Origin: Candidatus Daviesbacteria bacterium
GTDB taxonomy: Bacteria; Patescibacteriota; Microgenomatia; Daviesbacterales; UBA10151
Reading direction: 5' to 3'
Length of the DNA stretch: 64,000 nt
NCBI GenBank assembly: GCA_016186955.1
Contig: JACPKP010000011.1
Coordinates: 12,477 to 76,476 of the forward strand
Position numbers and translations under genes: made by a program. A model generated the notes under the pieces. That model had not been told where the DNA came from and did no database searches. It saw nothing but the letters and a program-made list of their open reading frames with translations. Numbering within the stretch: the first letter of the stretch is position 1; each line of letters begins with the position of its first letter. Of this stretch, positions 9,689 through 17,873 are shown piece by piece.

Positions 9689-10033
9689 ATGGGAGTAATC
9701 ATTTTAGCTGTGATCGTAGGTTTGGGTATTGGCTATTTTGCCACTCAAAATACTAACCAGATTAGTTTATATTTTGGTCCTTATGCTGTCTCAAATACTC
9801 CTCTTTATCTTGTAGTAATAAGCGCCTTGCTTATGGGATTGCTTCTTGCTTGGATCTTTTCTTTAGTCAACTCATTTTCTTCTAAGATTACTCTGCACGG
9901 AAAAGAGAATAAAATTAAAGAAGATGAGAAAACTATTGCAGAGCTTACTAAAGAAATTCACCAGCTCGAGCTTGATAATACTCGTTTGAAAGAAAAGTCA
10001 GGAGAGGGAAAAAACGATGATAAATCTCTATGA
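9689..10033 (+). CDS. LapA/DUF1049-family membrane protein
   Basis: FATQN...ISLYFG...PLYLVV...LMGLL pattern followed by a coiled coil. Confidence 0.7.
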   Translation: MGVIILAVIVGLGIGYFATQNTNQISLYFGPYAVSNTPLYLVVISALLMGLLLAWIFSLVNSFSSKITLHGKENKIKEDEKTIAELTKEIHQLELDNTRLKEKSGEGKNDDKSL

Positions 10034-10491
10034 AGAGTCTTTTAGCAAAACTGTGGCGGCTGCTTAAACTCCCCAAACACATTCAACTTAATATCATGAG
10101 ACTTACCCAAGATCAATTCTTAGTTGGAACAACAGGCATTGTCTTCAATAACAAAAATGAGGTTTTACTTTTTAAACATACCTATAGACAACATCAATGG
10201 AGCTTGCCCGGTGGTTATATGAAAGCAACAGAACATCCCTCTGAAGGCCTCGATAGAGAGATCGAAGAAGAGTCTGGACTGATTGTAAGCATTGATAAGG
10301 AAATAAAAATCAGAGCAGACAGGGAAACAGCAAGATTGGATATTGCATACATTGGCGCTTATATTGGTGGAAGGTTTAAATCCAGTAGCGAAGTGTCTGA
10401 CGCCAGATTTTTCTCTTTTGAAAATTTACCCCTTTTGCCTAAAAATCAGCTACTTATGATCAAGGAGGCTCTGCAAATGAAAGTCACTTAA
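10030..10491 (+). CDS. NUDIX hydrolase
   Basis: WSLPGG......E.....L.REIEEESG Nudix box. Confidence 0.85.
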   Translation: MKSLLAKLWRLLKLPKHIQLNIMRLTQDQFLVGTTGIVFNNKNEVLLFKHTYRQHQWSLPGGYMKATEHPSEGLDREIEEESGLIVSIDKEIKIRADRETARLDIAYIGAYIGGRFKSSSEVSDARFFSFENLPLLPKNQLLMIKEALQMKVT

Positions 10492-10503
10492 CATCTAAAT
10501 GTG

Positions 10504-10818
10504 TCATCTAAACCCGGCTAAATATAATATCAAGCCTACAATTATAGCAATTACCAGCATTGAAGACAGTCCTCCAAAAGCCAATATTCCTAAAACTGAT
10601 AGTACCCATAAAATGAACAATACACCTGCTATTTCTTTAAAAGGACTGGGTAAGACACCAATTACCGATGAAATAACAAGCAGGATTAGAATATTCCATA
10701 GAGTAATTGGTTGACCATTTATGTTAAATAAAATCAAATCAGGGATAGGAAAGGCGCCAACGCTTAAATACCCTACAAACCAAAGAATGATCAAAATGAC
10801 GAGTAAAGCTTCAAGCAT
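10504..10818 (-). CDS. Small membrane protein
   Basis: Four hydrophobic segments; overlaps the upstream gene's stop. Confidence 0.6.
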   Translation of the reverse strand: MLEALLVILIILWFVGYLSVGAFPIPDLILFNINGQPITLWNILILLVISSVIGVLPSPFKEIAGVLFILWVLSVLGILAFGGLSSMLVIAIIVGLILYLAGFR

Positions 10819-11266
10819 TTGAATCAACTTTTTTATTTACTTCGTCTGGGGTAACCGGTTTAATAAATTGCAAAAGATTAACTAACCCATATGCCAAAAG
10901 TAAATATACCATCATGGCCACAAAAGTTGACCACTCAATTACAGGACCTTCATCAACAGATGTTTTAATAATTCCCCTGAAAGGGAGTGCAAGGGGAGCG
11001 CTTAAAGAATAAATTAAATTAACAAACCCGCTGGGATACGCTCCAGACATCCTCAGAAATATTCTAAATGCCAGCAAAAATTCAATAACACCTAAGATAT
11101 ACCAAATAACCTGATAGGTACGAAAAATTATTTTTTTCTTTTCAAATACTTTTTGAGGATGCTCAGTTTGTATAGGGGGAGGAGTTATGGTTTTTGTTGT
11201 TTGTGTAACTTGAACCGGAGCAGACTTTGATACTGTTGTTACTTCTTGAGCTTCTAATTGTGCCAT
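10811..11266 (-). CDS. YggT-like membrane protein
   Basis: ILGVIEFLLAFRIFLR..GA...FV.LIY.LS.PL..PF.GI pattern. Confidence 0.6.
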   Translation of the reverse strand: MAQLEAQEVTTVSKSAPVQVTQTTKTITPPPIQTEHPQKVFEKKKIIFRTYQVIWYILGVIEFLLAFRIFLRMSGAYPSGFVNLIYSLSAPLALPFRGIIKTSVDEGPVIEWSTFVAMMVYLLLAYGLVNLLQFIKPVTPDEVNKKVDSNA

Positions 11267-11430
11267 GTTTTTAATATAACATAAGAACCCAACCAGACCA
11301 AATACTGTTTAAAAATCTTTATTTATGGTGTGATAGTAGGAGTAGGCAAAGCAGTTGGATTTATAATAACATTAATGTTGTTCCAGAACTGGCAGATGGG
11401 TTGGGTGTTGGAGTAGAGCTAGGGGTGCAA

Positions 11431-11525
11431 AAACCCATACACCCTCCGGGTGTATTACCTGCCTGCCCTGCCCTGCCGGCAGGCGGGCGGCAGGCAGGAC
11501 TTGACACCTGCTCTTTTTCGGCTCC
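11431..11525. repeat. ~95-bp direct repeat, copy 1 (copy 2 at 13525-13619)
   Basis: Identical flanks AAACCCATACACCCTCCGGGTGTATTACCTGCCTGC...GCAGGCAGGACTTGACACCTGCTCTTTTT, ending in GGCTCC (tRNA-Asn 3' end, antisense). Confidence 0.9.
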
Positions 11526-11574
11526 GTATTCCTAGTCTTAATCGAACTTGAAGTATCAATTCGAACCTATCTTG

Positions 11575-11859
11575 CTAATCTAGGACTACTTTTTTCTCCC
11601 CTTTTATATATTGACGAATTAATAAACCGATTAAAGTTTGATAGGCTATACCATTTCTCTTGGCTTTAGCTTTAACCTTAATCAAATCCTCAGTATTAAC
11701 CCTGAGTGTAATACTTTTTGTTTGTTGTAACTACCTAAAGTTTCTAGCCGCTTCCTGAAACATTTGTTTAGTAACTTCTAGATTAGGGCTATTTTCAAAT
11801 TCGCCCTTTTCTAAAGCATTTTCTAAATCTTTCTCGTATTTATCAAGTATTACTTTCAT
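11575..11859 (-). pseudogene. CopG/BrnA-like antitoxin pseudogene with an in-frame TAG at codon 43
   Basis: MKVILDKYEKDLE...AARNFR*LQQTKSITLRVNTEDLIKVKAKAKRNGIAYQTLI. Stop at 11731-11733. Confidence 0.75.
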
Positions 11860-12031
11860 TTTTGGCGCCTCCTTTCAGATATTTATCAGCCAACACCCTA
11901 CTTGGGTAGACTGTTTTTAAAAAAACTACTTTTCTTTTTTTATCTATTACGTAAGGCGTTGCATACACATATTCTTTTATCTTTATTACTAGTATTTTCT
12001 TCTCTTCAATATAAGTGCCACTTGGCTCCAC
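11843..12031 (-). pseudogene. BrnT-like toxin, C-terminal remnant
   Basis: KILVIKIKEYVYATPYV...VFLKTVYPSR resembles the C-terminal half of BrnT-like toxins. N-terminus missing; overlaps the antitoxin start. Confidence 0.6.
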
Positions 12032-12040
12032 TGTGTTGAT

Positions 12041-12910
12041 TCATTTAACCCCTATCTTCCATACCCCTTTTTCCCGAAAAGCAGGAATTGTTTGACGTTT
12101 TGCCGCATTTAAAATTACTGGAGCTGGTTTACCAATTTTTACCGCATACTCAGTTGCTTCGATAATTTTATTCCCTTTAAGATAGGCTACTCTTTTATGT
12201 AAAGCCTCCAGCAGCGCAAGCGATATTAACTTGTCCATATTTTTGGTCATTTTATCATCCCTATATTCCTTAAAAGAGTTATAATAGGCTTGCTTTTCTT
12301 TATCACGGATAATTACTCCAGGAAACCCCAATCTATATAGTTGATAATTTATAATAACTCTGCCAATTCTGCCATTGCCATCATTAAAAGGGTGAATTGT
12401 TTCAAATTGCAAGTGAAATTTAGAAATTTTATCTATAAAGTAATCTATATTATCGCTTGAGTATTCAATTAAAGCCTCTTCCAGTAAACGTTCTATATGT
12501 TCTGGAGCAGTAGCAATAAAAGTCCCTATGCGCACATATTCTGTTTTTTTGCGAAATCTCCCGGCAATACTTTCATCAATATTTCCTATTAACATCTGGT
12601 GAAGGAGTAATACAATCTCTTTAGAAAGCTCTCCAGCTTTATCACGGATATATTCCATGACCCGAGCCAAATTCTTAGCTTCAAAAACTTCACGCAGGCT
12701 GACATTTTTAGATACCTCCATCTCTAAGAGTATCTTCTCTGTTTCTTTTAAAGTTAAAGTAGAATTTTCTATAGCATTTGAGTTATAAACACTCTCGGGA
12801 ATTTCAGCTTCATCAATAATTTTAAGCAGAGACTCTTTGCCTGTCTTAAGATGATCATATTCTTTTTTAAGGATTTCTATCCTTTTTTGAAGGGGAAGCG
12901 AGGTTGACAT
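12041..12910 (-). CDS. Fic-domain protein with a C-terminal HTH-like tail
   Basis: HPFNDGNGRIGR Fic motif and N-terminal SNAIEN inhibitory motif. Confidence 0.9.
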   Translation of the reverse strand: MSTSLPLQKRIEILKKEYDHLKTGKESLLKIIDEAEIPESVYNSNAIENSTLTLKETEKILLEMEVSKNVSLREVFEAKNLARVMEYIRDKAGELSKEIVLLLHQMLIGNIDESIAGRFRKKTEYVRIGTFIATAPEHIERLLEEALIEYSSDNIDYFIDKISKFHLQFETIHPFNDGNGRIGRVIINYQLYRLGFPGVIIRDKEKQAYYNSFKEYRDDKMTKNMDKLISLALLEALHKRVAYLKGNKIIEATEYAVKIGKPAPVILNAAKRQTIPAFREKGVWKIGVK

Positions 12911-13107
12911 GATACCCTATTATACCAGATTCACGTTATTTTGTCAATTTGACGTGAATTAAGTGCCATTTACGGCATAAATTCACGCTATTTAGTCGGT
13001 TCGAGTAAAAACTATCTGGCTCCCCTGAGTTGGTGCGCTTAGAACTAGCATTGTTAGAATCTGAGGACGAATTCGAACCTGTATTCGTTTAAATTAGAAG
13101 AGGACTA

Positions 13108-13347
13108 CTAATTTGCTTGCTCTGAGTCCAGAATAGTCCTTTGATGATCTGAATTGAAGATAATTCTCAATCGTTCTATGGCATCTTTAAGTATGTAACC
13201 ACGACTCCCTAAATTTTCGATAGCATGGTTAGTATTCGCCTGGTCAAACATATCTATAACATAGACTGCTCCTTCTAAAATAGGTTGTACTTCTTCTGTA
13301 GGAGATAATTCTCTTTGAGATGATTCATAAAGGACTCGTTCTATCAT
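13108..13347 (-). CDS. Hypothetical protein
   Basis: 79-aa ORF with no recognisable motif. Confidence 0.35.
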   Translation of the reverse strand: MIERVLYESSQRELSPTEEVQPILEGAVYVIDMFDQANTNHAIENLGSRGYILKDAIERLRIIFNSDHQRTILDSEQAN

Positions 13348-13415
13348 TGGAGGATAATATCATGACATAATTGAGATTGCAAGAATCATTTTATTTGCTC
13401 TTCGAGTAAATTCTG

Positions 13416-13524
13416 TTATGCTACTAATTTAGCCTGAAGTTCTGTTTTTAGGCTCTCATTATCTTTGAACAGGATTGTTTGAAGCCCTGCTCTATTAGCT
13501 GCTTCTACATTTACTTCACTATCG
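13416..13524 (-). pseudogene. HAD-family phosphatase C-terminal remnant
   Basis: DSEVNVEAANRAGLQTILFKDNESLKTEL matches HAD motif IV and tail. Truncated exactly at the 13525 repeat. Confidence 0.55.
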
Positions 13525-13619
13525 AAACCCATACACCCTCCGGGTGTATTACCTGCCTGCCGGCCTGCCTGACGGCAGTCAGGGCAGGCAGGACTTGACA
13601 CCTGCTCTTTTTTGGCTCC
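13525..13619. repeat. ~95-bp direct repeat, copy 2
   Basis: Matches 11431-11525 but carries a different nested palindrome insert. Confidence 0.9.
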
Positions 13620-13858
13620 TCGGCCAAGATAATATACCCTCGCTTCGCTCAAGCGAACAGCTTCCCATTTCATGGGGCGCAGTTCAAATCAGTCTCGAGA
13701 AAAAAATGAAAAATACAGATATGAAACCTCTATTTTTCATTTTGCTCCCCTTATTGGACACATTAAGAACTTTTAATTACCCTCAACTAGGAAACTTTGC
13801 TTACGCTTAGTTATAAAAATGATAATATACTAAATATAGCATCTTTAAAAATTAAGTA

Positions 13859-14575
13859 ATGAACAGTCAACAAAAAACTTTATTGATTATTAGCTTCGTA
13901 TTAGCTTTTGTAATTCCCATTTATGGATTAAGCCAATCATTAGCAGCTGGGTCATATGGTCAAACAAGACTTCCAGGGTTTACAGTATTTGTACTTGAAG
14001 CTGCCCTATTAGCAGCTACGGTTTTTGTTTATAAAATCCTGAAGGAACATCCAAACCTAAAAAGAAGCCTAATTACAGCTTTGATTGTTTTTATTACTCC
14101 TTTTATAGTTGGTGGATTATGTTTTTGGGGTTATGTTTCTTGGGCTAGCCATCAATATACCCCTTCTAACTTTGTCGCCGATCCAGCACCTCTAAAACCT
14201 GGTAAGGATATCTATCAGGTGGCAGAAGATATACCTTATGGTTACATGACATTAAGAATTGAGGCTGTAAAACGGCTGAGCACCAACATGATTGAGGTGG
14301 ATTTATATGAATATAACTCAAAGGACAATCCAAATAAACTGCAAATGTTTAATTCTCAATATTATTTAGAGGCACCAGACAAAACCAGAATAGAGCCAAA
14401 TTTTGATAATGGTGGTTTAAGAGGGGTTGATGTAGAACCAGATGAGGCAAAAAGAGGTAGAGTACTATTCCAAAATGATGCTTTGAAAGCGAATACACCT
14501 TTTATACTAAAGGTTCTACCATTTGAGGGGTCTCCTGCTCTTTCAGTGGATATTAGTAAGTATCTAGTTCAATAA
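13859..14575 (+). CDS. Membrane protein with a DUF4352-like Ig domain
   Basis: Three TM segments, then N...F....Y.L...D...IEP...V.P.E.KRGRVLF pattern. Confidence 0.5.
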   Translation: MNSQQKTLLIISFVLAFVIPIYGLSQSLAAGSYGQTRLPGFTVFVLEAALLAATVFVYKILKEHPNLKRSLITALIVFITPFIVGGLCFWGYVSWASHQYTPSNFVADPAPLKPGKDIYQVAEDIPYGYMTLRIEAVKRLSTNMIEVDLYEYNSKDNPNKLQMFNSQYYLEAPDKTRIEPNFDNGGLRGVDVEPDEAKRGRVLFQNDALKANTPFILKVLPFEGSPALSVDISKYLVQ

Positions 14576-14584
14576 GAAGAACCT

Positions 14585-15391
14585 TTACTGCTTCTTTTTC
14601 CCTCCAACACCTTTAATCTCAGTCAGGGTTTTATCAGCATCTTCCATAACTTTTCTCATAGAGTCGGCTTCTTTGCTCTGAAGAAAGTTGTCTCTTGTAA
14701 GTATTCTTAACGGTGTCTCTTTAGATACCACAAACGAACGTCCAGGCTCAGGAAAAAGTTTAGTACCCACCTTTATGTAGACTATATAACCTGCACCTAT
14801 ATAAAAACGGTAGGCATTCAAACCTGCGAACATATCAGTATCATACTCAGGGTGAGGATCAGCCATAAATGACTGTCCAATATCATCAGGAAACCTCGCA
14901 ATGATAAAAGAGAAGTTATTATCACCCCCTGAGTCATTATTCAATATATTTTGTCTAGCTCTTTCTAATTCTTCCTGGCTAAGATTTATTTTCCCAAATT
15001 GAGGTAACTGGCTTGCTCCTGCCCTCCATAACACTGAGATAACAAAAAGTTTTAATTTTTCATAATCAAATTGAGCTATTTCCCACCCTTTTAAATCACC
15101 ATTAACTATTATCTGCCTGTGGTGGTCTTCGTTTTGAAGAAGTAACCTAGGGGAATAATTATCATAAGGAGCAAATCTATTTTCGCACTCCGCACAAACC
15201 AGATCGGAATCGTACCACCCTATTCTCACCTTGCCTATTGGAAATTGATCCTTTGTATTAGTAATCAATTTCATCGATTGGGTTTTGGTCATTTTTGCTT
15301 TGCGCCTTGAGTACTCAAAATAAGCTCTTGGAAGAACATGAGCATTAGCTAATTTCACTACCTTCTCTTTGCAGAACTTACAGGTTTTCAT
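14585..15391 (-). CDS. HNH-type endonuclease (Zn-binding)
   Basis: CKFC...NAHVLP...LVCAECENRF..YD (CxxC, H, CxxCxN). Confidence 0.65.
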   Translation of the reverse strand: MKTCKFCKEKVVKLANAHVLPRAYFEYSRRKAKMTKTQSMKLITNTKDQFPIGKVRIGWYDSDLVCAECENRFAPYDNYSPRLLLQNEDHHRQIIVNGDLKGWEIAQFDYEKLKLFVISVLWRAGASQLPQFGKINLSQEELERARQNILNNDSGGDNNFSFIIARFPDDIGQSFMADPHPEYDTDMFAGLNAYRFYIGAGYIVYIKVGTKLFPEPGRSFVVSKETPLRILTRDNFLQSKEADSMRKVMEDADKTLTEIKGVGGKKKQ

Positions 15392-15460
15392 AACCCCAAA
15401 ATTTTACCATTAAGGCTGGTATAATAACTAAAGTGACTGCCCTAAAAGAAGTAATGACTT

Positions 15461-16459
15461 ATGATAAAACGAGATGCAAATGGCAAATGGACGGCTTCTA
15501 ATGTCCCCAAGGATGTTAACCCTGTGTATGCAAGGGCTTTAGTAGATTTTTTTAATTCTCTTGACCCTCTCTTCACTAAAGCACAAGAGAAATCTGATTT
15601 TGAGTTTATTTTTGCGTTACTCAATGTTCAAGGAATGCAAGATGCTGGATGGGATGCTTTTGAAACTACCAAAGATATTTTTGAGACTTTTAATAAACTG
15701 AAGTCAAAAATTAAATACAATGATGAACAGCTACACCTTTTTTTAGTTTTATACGGCTTAATACTAGAAGCATCCTATCCATATGACCTTCTCTATAACT
15801 TGCTAAGAATAATTTCAGGCGAAAGATATTCAGTTATTTGCTTCCCAGACATAAAAATGGGTAGTAGTGGCAAGACCAGACCAATGTTTGCATCAGAAAA
15901 AATTAACAAAATAAAAGAACTGGCAAAAAAATTAGGTCTGGAATTAAATATACAACCTCTTGTGAACATTTTTGATAAAGAATTGCGAAATGCTATCTTC
16001 CATTCAGATTATTGCCTTTACGATAACGAATTACGACTACCAAAGTCTTCAACTATCTATAAAGTGGATAATGTAATGGCAATACTAAATAAAACAGTTG
16101 CTTATTACGAGGTGATTGTCAGGCTGGTAAAAATGTATAAGGCATCATATGAGAGACCTGAACTAATTGACCCTCCCCCTAGTTTTAATGCTGACCCAGA
16201 AGAAAAAATGGTAGTAATGGTGCGTAAAGGCACAGGAGCCATTGGAATTAAGAGTAATTGGACACAGGAGGAAATTGCTCAGGGAAAGATATCGTTCAGT
16301 ATAAGCCGCTTATTGCCCTACGAACAAAGAATGCTTCAAAAAGACCCTACGCTAGTTGAGTTCCCAGAAAACAAAGTTGAGAAATGGAATAAATTTTTGC
16401 ATATGTTCCCTGTACCAATAAGAAAACATCTCTTACCTATAACAGAACGGTTCTTGTAG
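15461..16459 (+). CDS. Helical protein with a HEPN-like RxxxxH motif
   Basis: ELRNAIFHSDY in a helical context, with an upstream Glu (LILEASY). Confidence 0.5.
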   Translation: MIKRDANGKWTASNVPKDVNPVYARALVDFFNSLDPLFTKAQEKSDFEFIFALLNVQGMQDAGWDAFETTKDIFETFNKLKSKIKYNDEQLHLFLVLYGLILEASYPYDLLYNLLRIISGERYSVICFPDIKMGSSGKTRPMFASEKINKIKELAKKLGLELNIQPLVNIFDKELRNAIFHSDYCLYDNELRLPKSSTIYKVDNVMAILNKTVAYYEVIVRLVKMYKASYERPELIDPPPSFNADPEEKMVVMVRKGTGAIGIKSNWTQEEIAQGKISFSISRLLPYEQRMLQKDPTLVEFPENKVEKWNKFLHMFPVPIRKHLLPITERFL

Positions 16460-16477
16460 CCTGTTTTTAAAAATGTA

Positions 16478-17209
16478 ATGAATAAGATTAAATCATCAGA
16501 CACAAAAATAACAATTGGTCAGTTAAGCAAGCTCACGGCTGAAGAGCGAACCAAAGTATTAGAACCAATTGTGAAAGCTAACGCAGAACAATTTACCAAA
16601 ATTGCCAGCGCTATAGGTGAAGCCTCTAATTTTGCTAAGACTATTAGCTCTATTGCCAGCTCTTTTAGGCTTCCGATGATTGATATGTTAGAAAACATCA
16701 AGCTCCCAGAACTACCCCAAATTCCTGATGTATACAGTTCTATTGATACTAAGGGAATGAGCTTTGAAAGATATGATCCACCAGTAGTAATTAAAAAATC
16801 AAAGTGGGAAATAGAAAAAGAAGCACGAGAGGCTTATAGAACAGAACTTCAAATTCAAGTGCTGGAACAACAACTGAATCTTTATAAAGGAATGCTCGCA
16901 CCTCAATATGATATAAATACTGGCACTATTACCTTTCTAGGTAAACAGATACAAATACCTCTAAATACAAATTTGGAAATGATCTGTCGCATTGTTCTTA
17001 AAAACTTAACCAATATGAAACGTAAGTGGTCGTGGGAGGAAATTATTGAAGAAAACAGAGAAAGCACTGATAATTTCACCTCAAGACAAATATATACGGC
17101 AGTCAGGTCAATCAATGATAAAGTTGCCGTAGAAACACAAGCAAAAGACCTACTTATTTCAAAACCCTACTCAACCGTTCAGGTAAACCCCAAATACCTG
17201 GCTAAATAG
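16478..17209 (+). CDS. Hypothetical protein with a C-terminal winged-helix (OmpR-like) domain
   Basis: C-terminal ITF.GK.I...WSWEEI...RQIYTAVRSINDKV...LL......VQVNP pattern. Confidence 0.5.
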   Translation: MNKIKSSDTKITIGQLSKLTAEERTKVLEPIVKANAEQFTKIASAIGEASNFAKTISSIASSFRLPMIDMLENIKLPELPQIPDVYSSIDTKGMSFERYDPPVVIKKSKWEIEKEAREAYRTELQIQVLEQQLNLYKGMLAPQYDINTGTITFLGKQIQIPLNTNLEMICRIVLKNLTNMKRKWSWEEIIEENRESTDNFTSRQIYTAVRSINDKVAVETQAKDLLISKPYSTVQVNPKYLAK

Positions 17210-17254
17210 TTAGCTACATTTAGCTACTATCCCCTTTGATAAGCTCTGTTCATT

Positions 17255-17422
17255 ATGAAACAAAGTAATGAGCAGCTAAAAATGAGCTTGGAAAAACTCT
17301 ATGGTCGCACCTTGACCACACAGGAACTTTTTTCTATCAAATACAACCTCGTAGGCTTCTTTGAAACCTTAATTAAGTTAGATAAACAGATGCAGAAAGG
17401 AGCACTTTATGGGAGCTCGTGA
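17255..17422 (+). CDS. Small hypothetical protein (55 aa)
   Basis: Below the ORF-track cut-off: MKQSNEQLKMSLEKLYGRTLTTQELFSIKYNLVGFFETLIKLDKQMQKGALYGSS*. First gene of an overlapping run. Confidence 0.6.
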   Translation: MKQSNEQLKMSLEKLYGRTLTTQELFSIKYNLVGFFETLIKLDKQMQKGALYGSS

Positions 17423-17573
17423 AGAAATGCAAAAAGAATATGAGCAGAACCTAGACAATCTCTTTGTTGAGGATTTTAAAGACTTGCTGATGAGTCTTTA
17501 TAAAAAACACCTAAGTTTAAATATAAAAAGAGGTATAGCAGCAAAAAGGAGAAAAAATGCTCAAAGTAAGTGA
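17409..17573 (+). CDS. Small protein (54 aa) resembling serine recombinase helix E
   Basis: AAGGAG SD then MGAREEMQKEYEQNLDNLFVEDFKDLLMSLYKKHLSLNIKRGIAAKRRKNAQSK*. Overlaps both neighbours. Confidence 0.65.
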   Translation: MGAREEMQKEYEQNLDNLFVEDFKDLLMSLYKKHLSLNIKRGIAAKRRKNAQSK

Positions 17574-17826
17574 GGTTCAGATAAGAGTCATTAAGCCCAA
17601 GGATGGGCTCGTAGGCTTTGCTAGCTGTGTCTTAGATGGTGTCCTCTACCTAAGTTCTATTGGCATATTTAGCAGACTGGATGGGACTGGCTACAGAATA
17701 ACTTTCCCAACTAAAAAAGTTGGCGATACTGACCTACAAATCTTTCATCCAATTAGCAGAGAGCTCGGTCAAGAAATAGAACAGGCAATTATTGATAAAG
17801 CTAGAAAGGTTTTTGAGGCTATATGA
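17557..17826 (+). CDS. SpoVG-family nucleic-acid-binding protein
   Basis: VSEVQIR....GLVGFASCVLD..L.LSSI.I...ITFPTKK....IFHPISRE. Confidence 0.75.
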   Translation: MLKVSEVQIRVIKPKDGLVGFASCVLDGVLYLSSIGIFSRLDGTGYRITFPTKKVGDTDLQIFHPISRELGQEIEQAIIDKARKVFEAI

Positions 17827-17873
17827 GCTGAAAATCACTGACAGCTTATGTCGCTGAAGTAATGAGGTAAGTA

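Noticed and set aside
11731-11733. In-frame TAG as stop-codon recoding
   Set aside because: TAG ends normal genes here and the partner toxin is also broken, so pseudogenisation is simpler.
13525-13673. N-terminal part of the 85-aa ORF (PACPDCRQAGRQ)
   Set aside because: REP-derived reading; only 13416-13524 resembles a protein.
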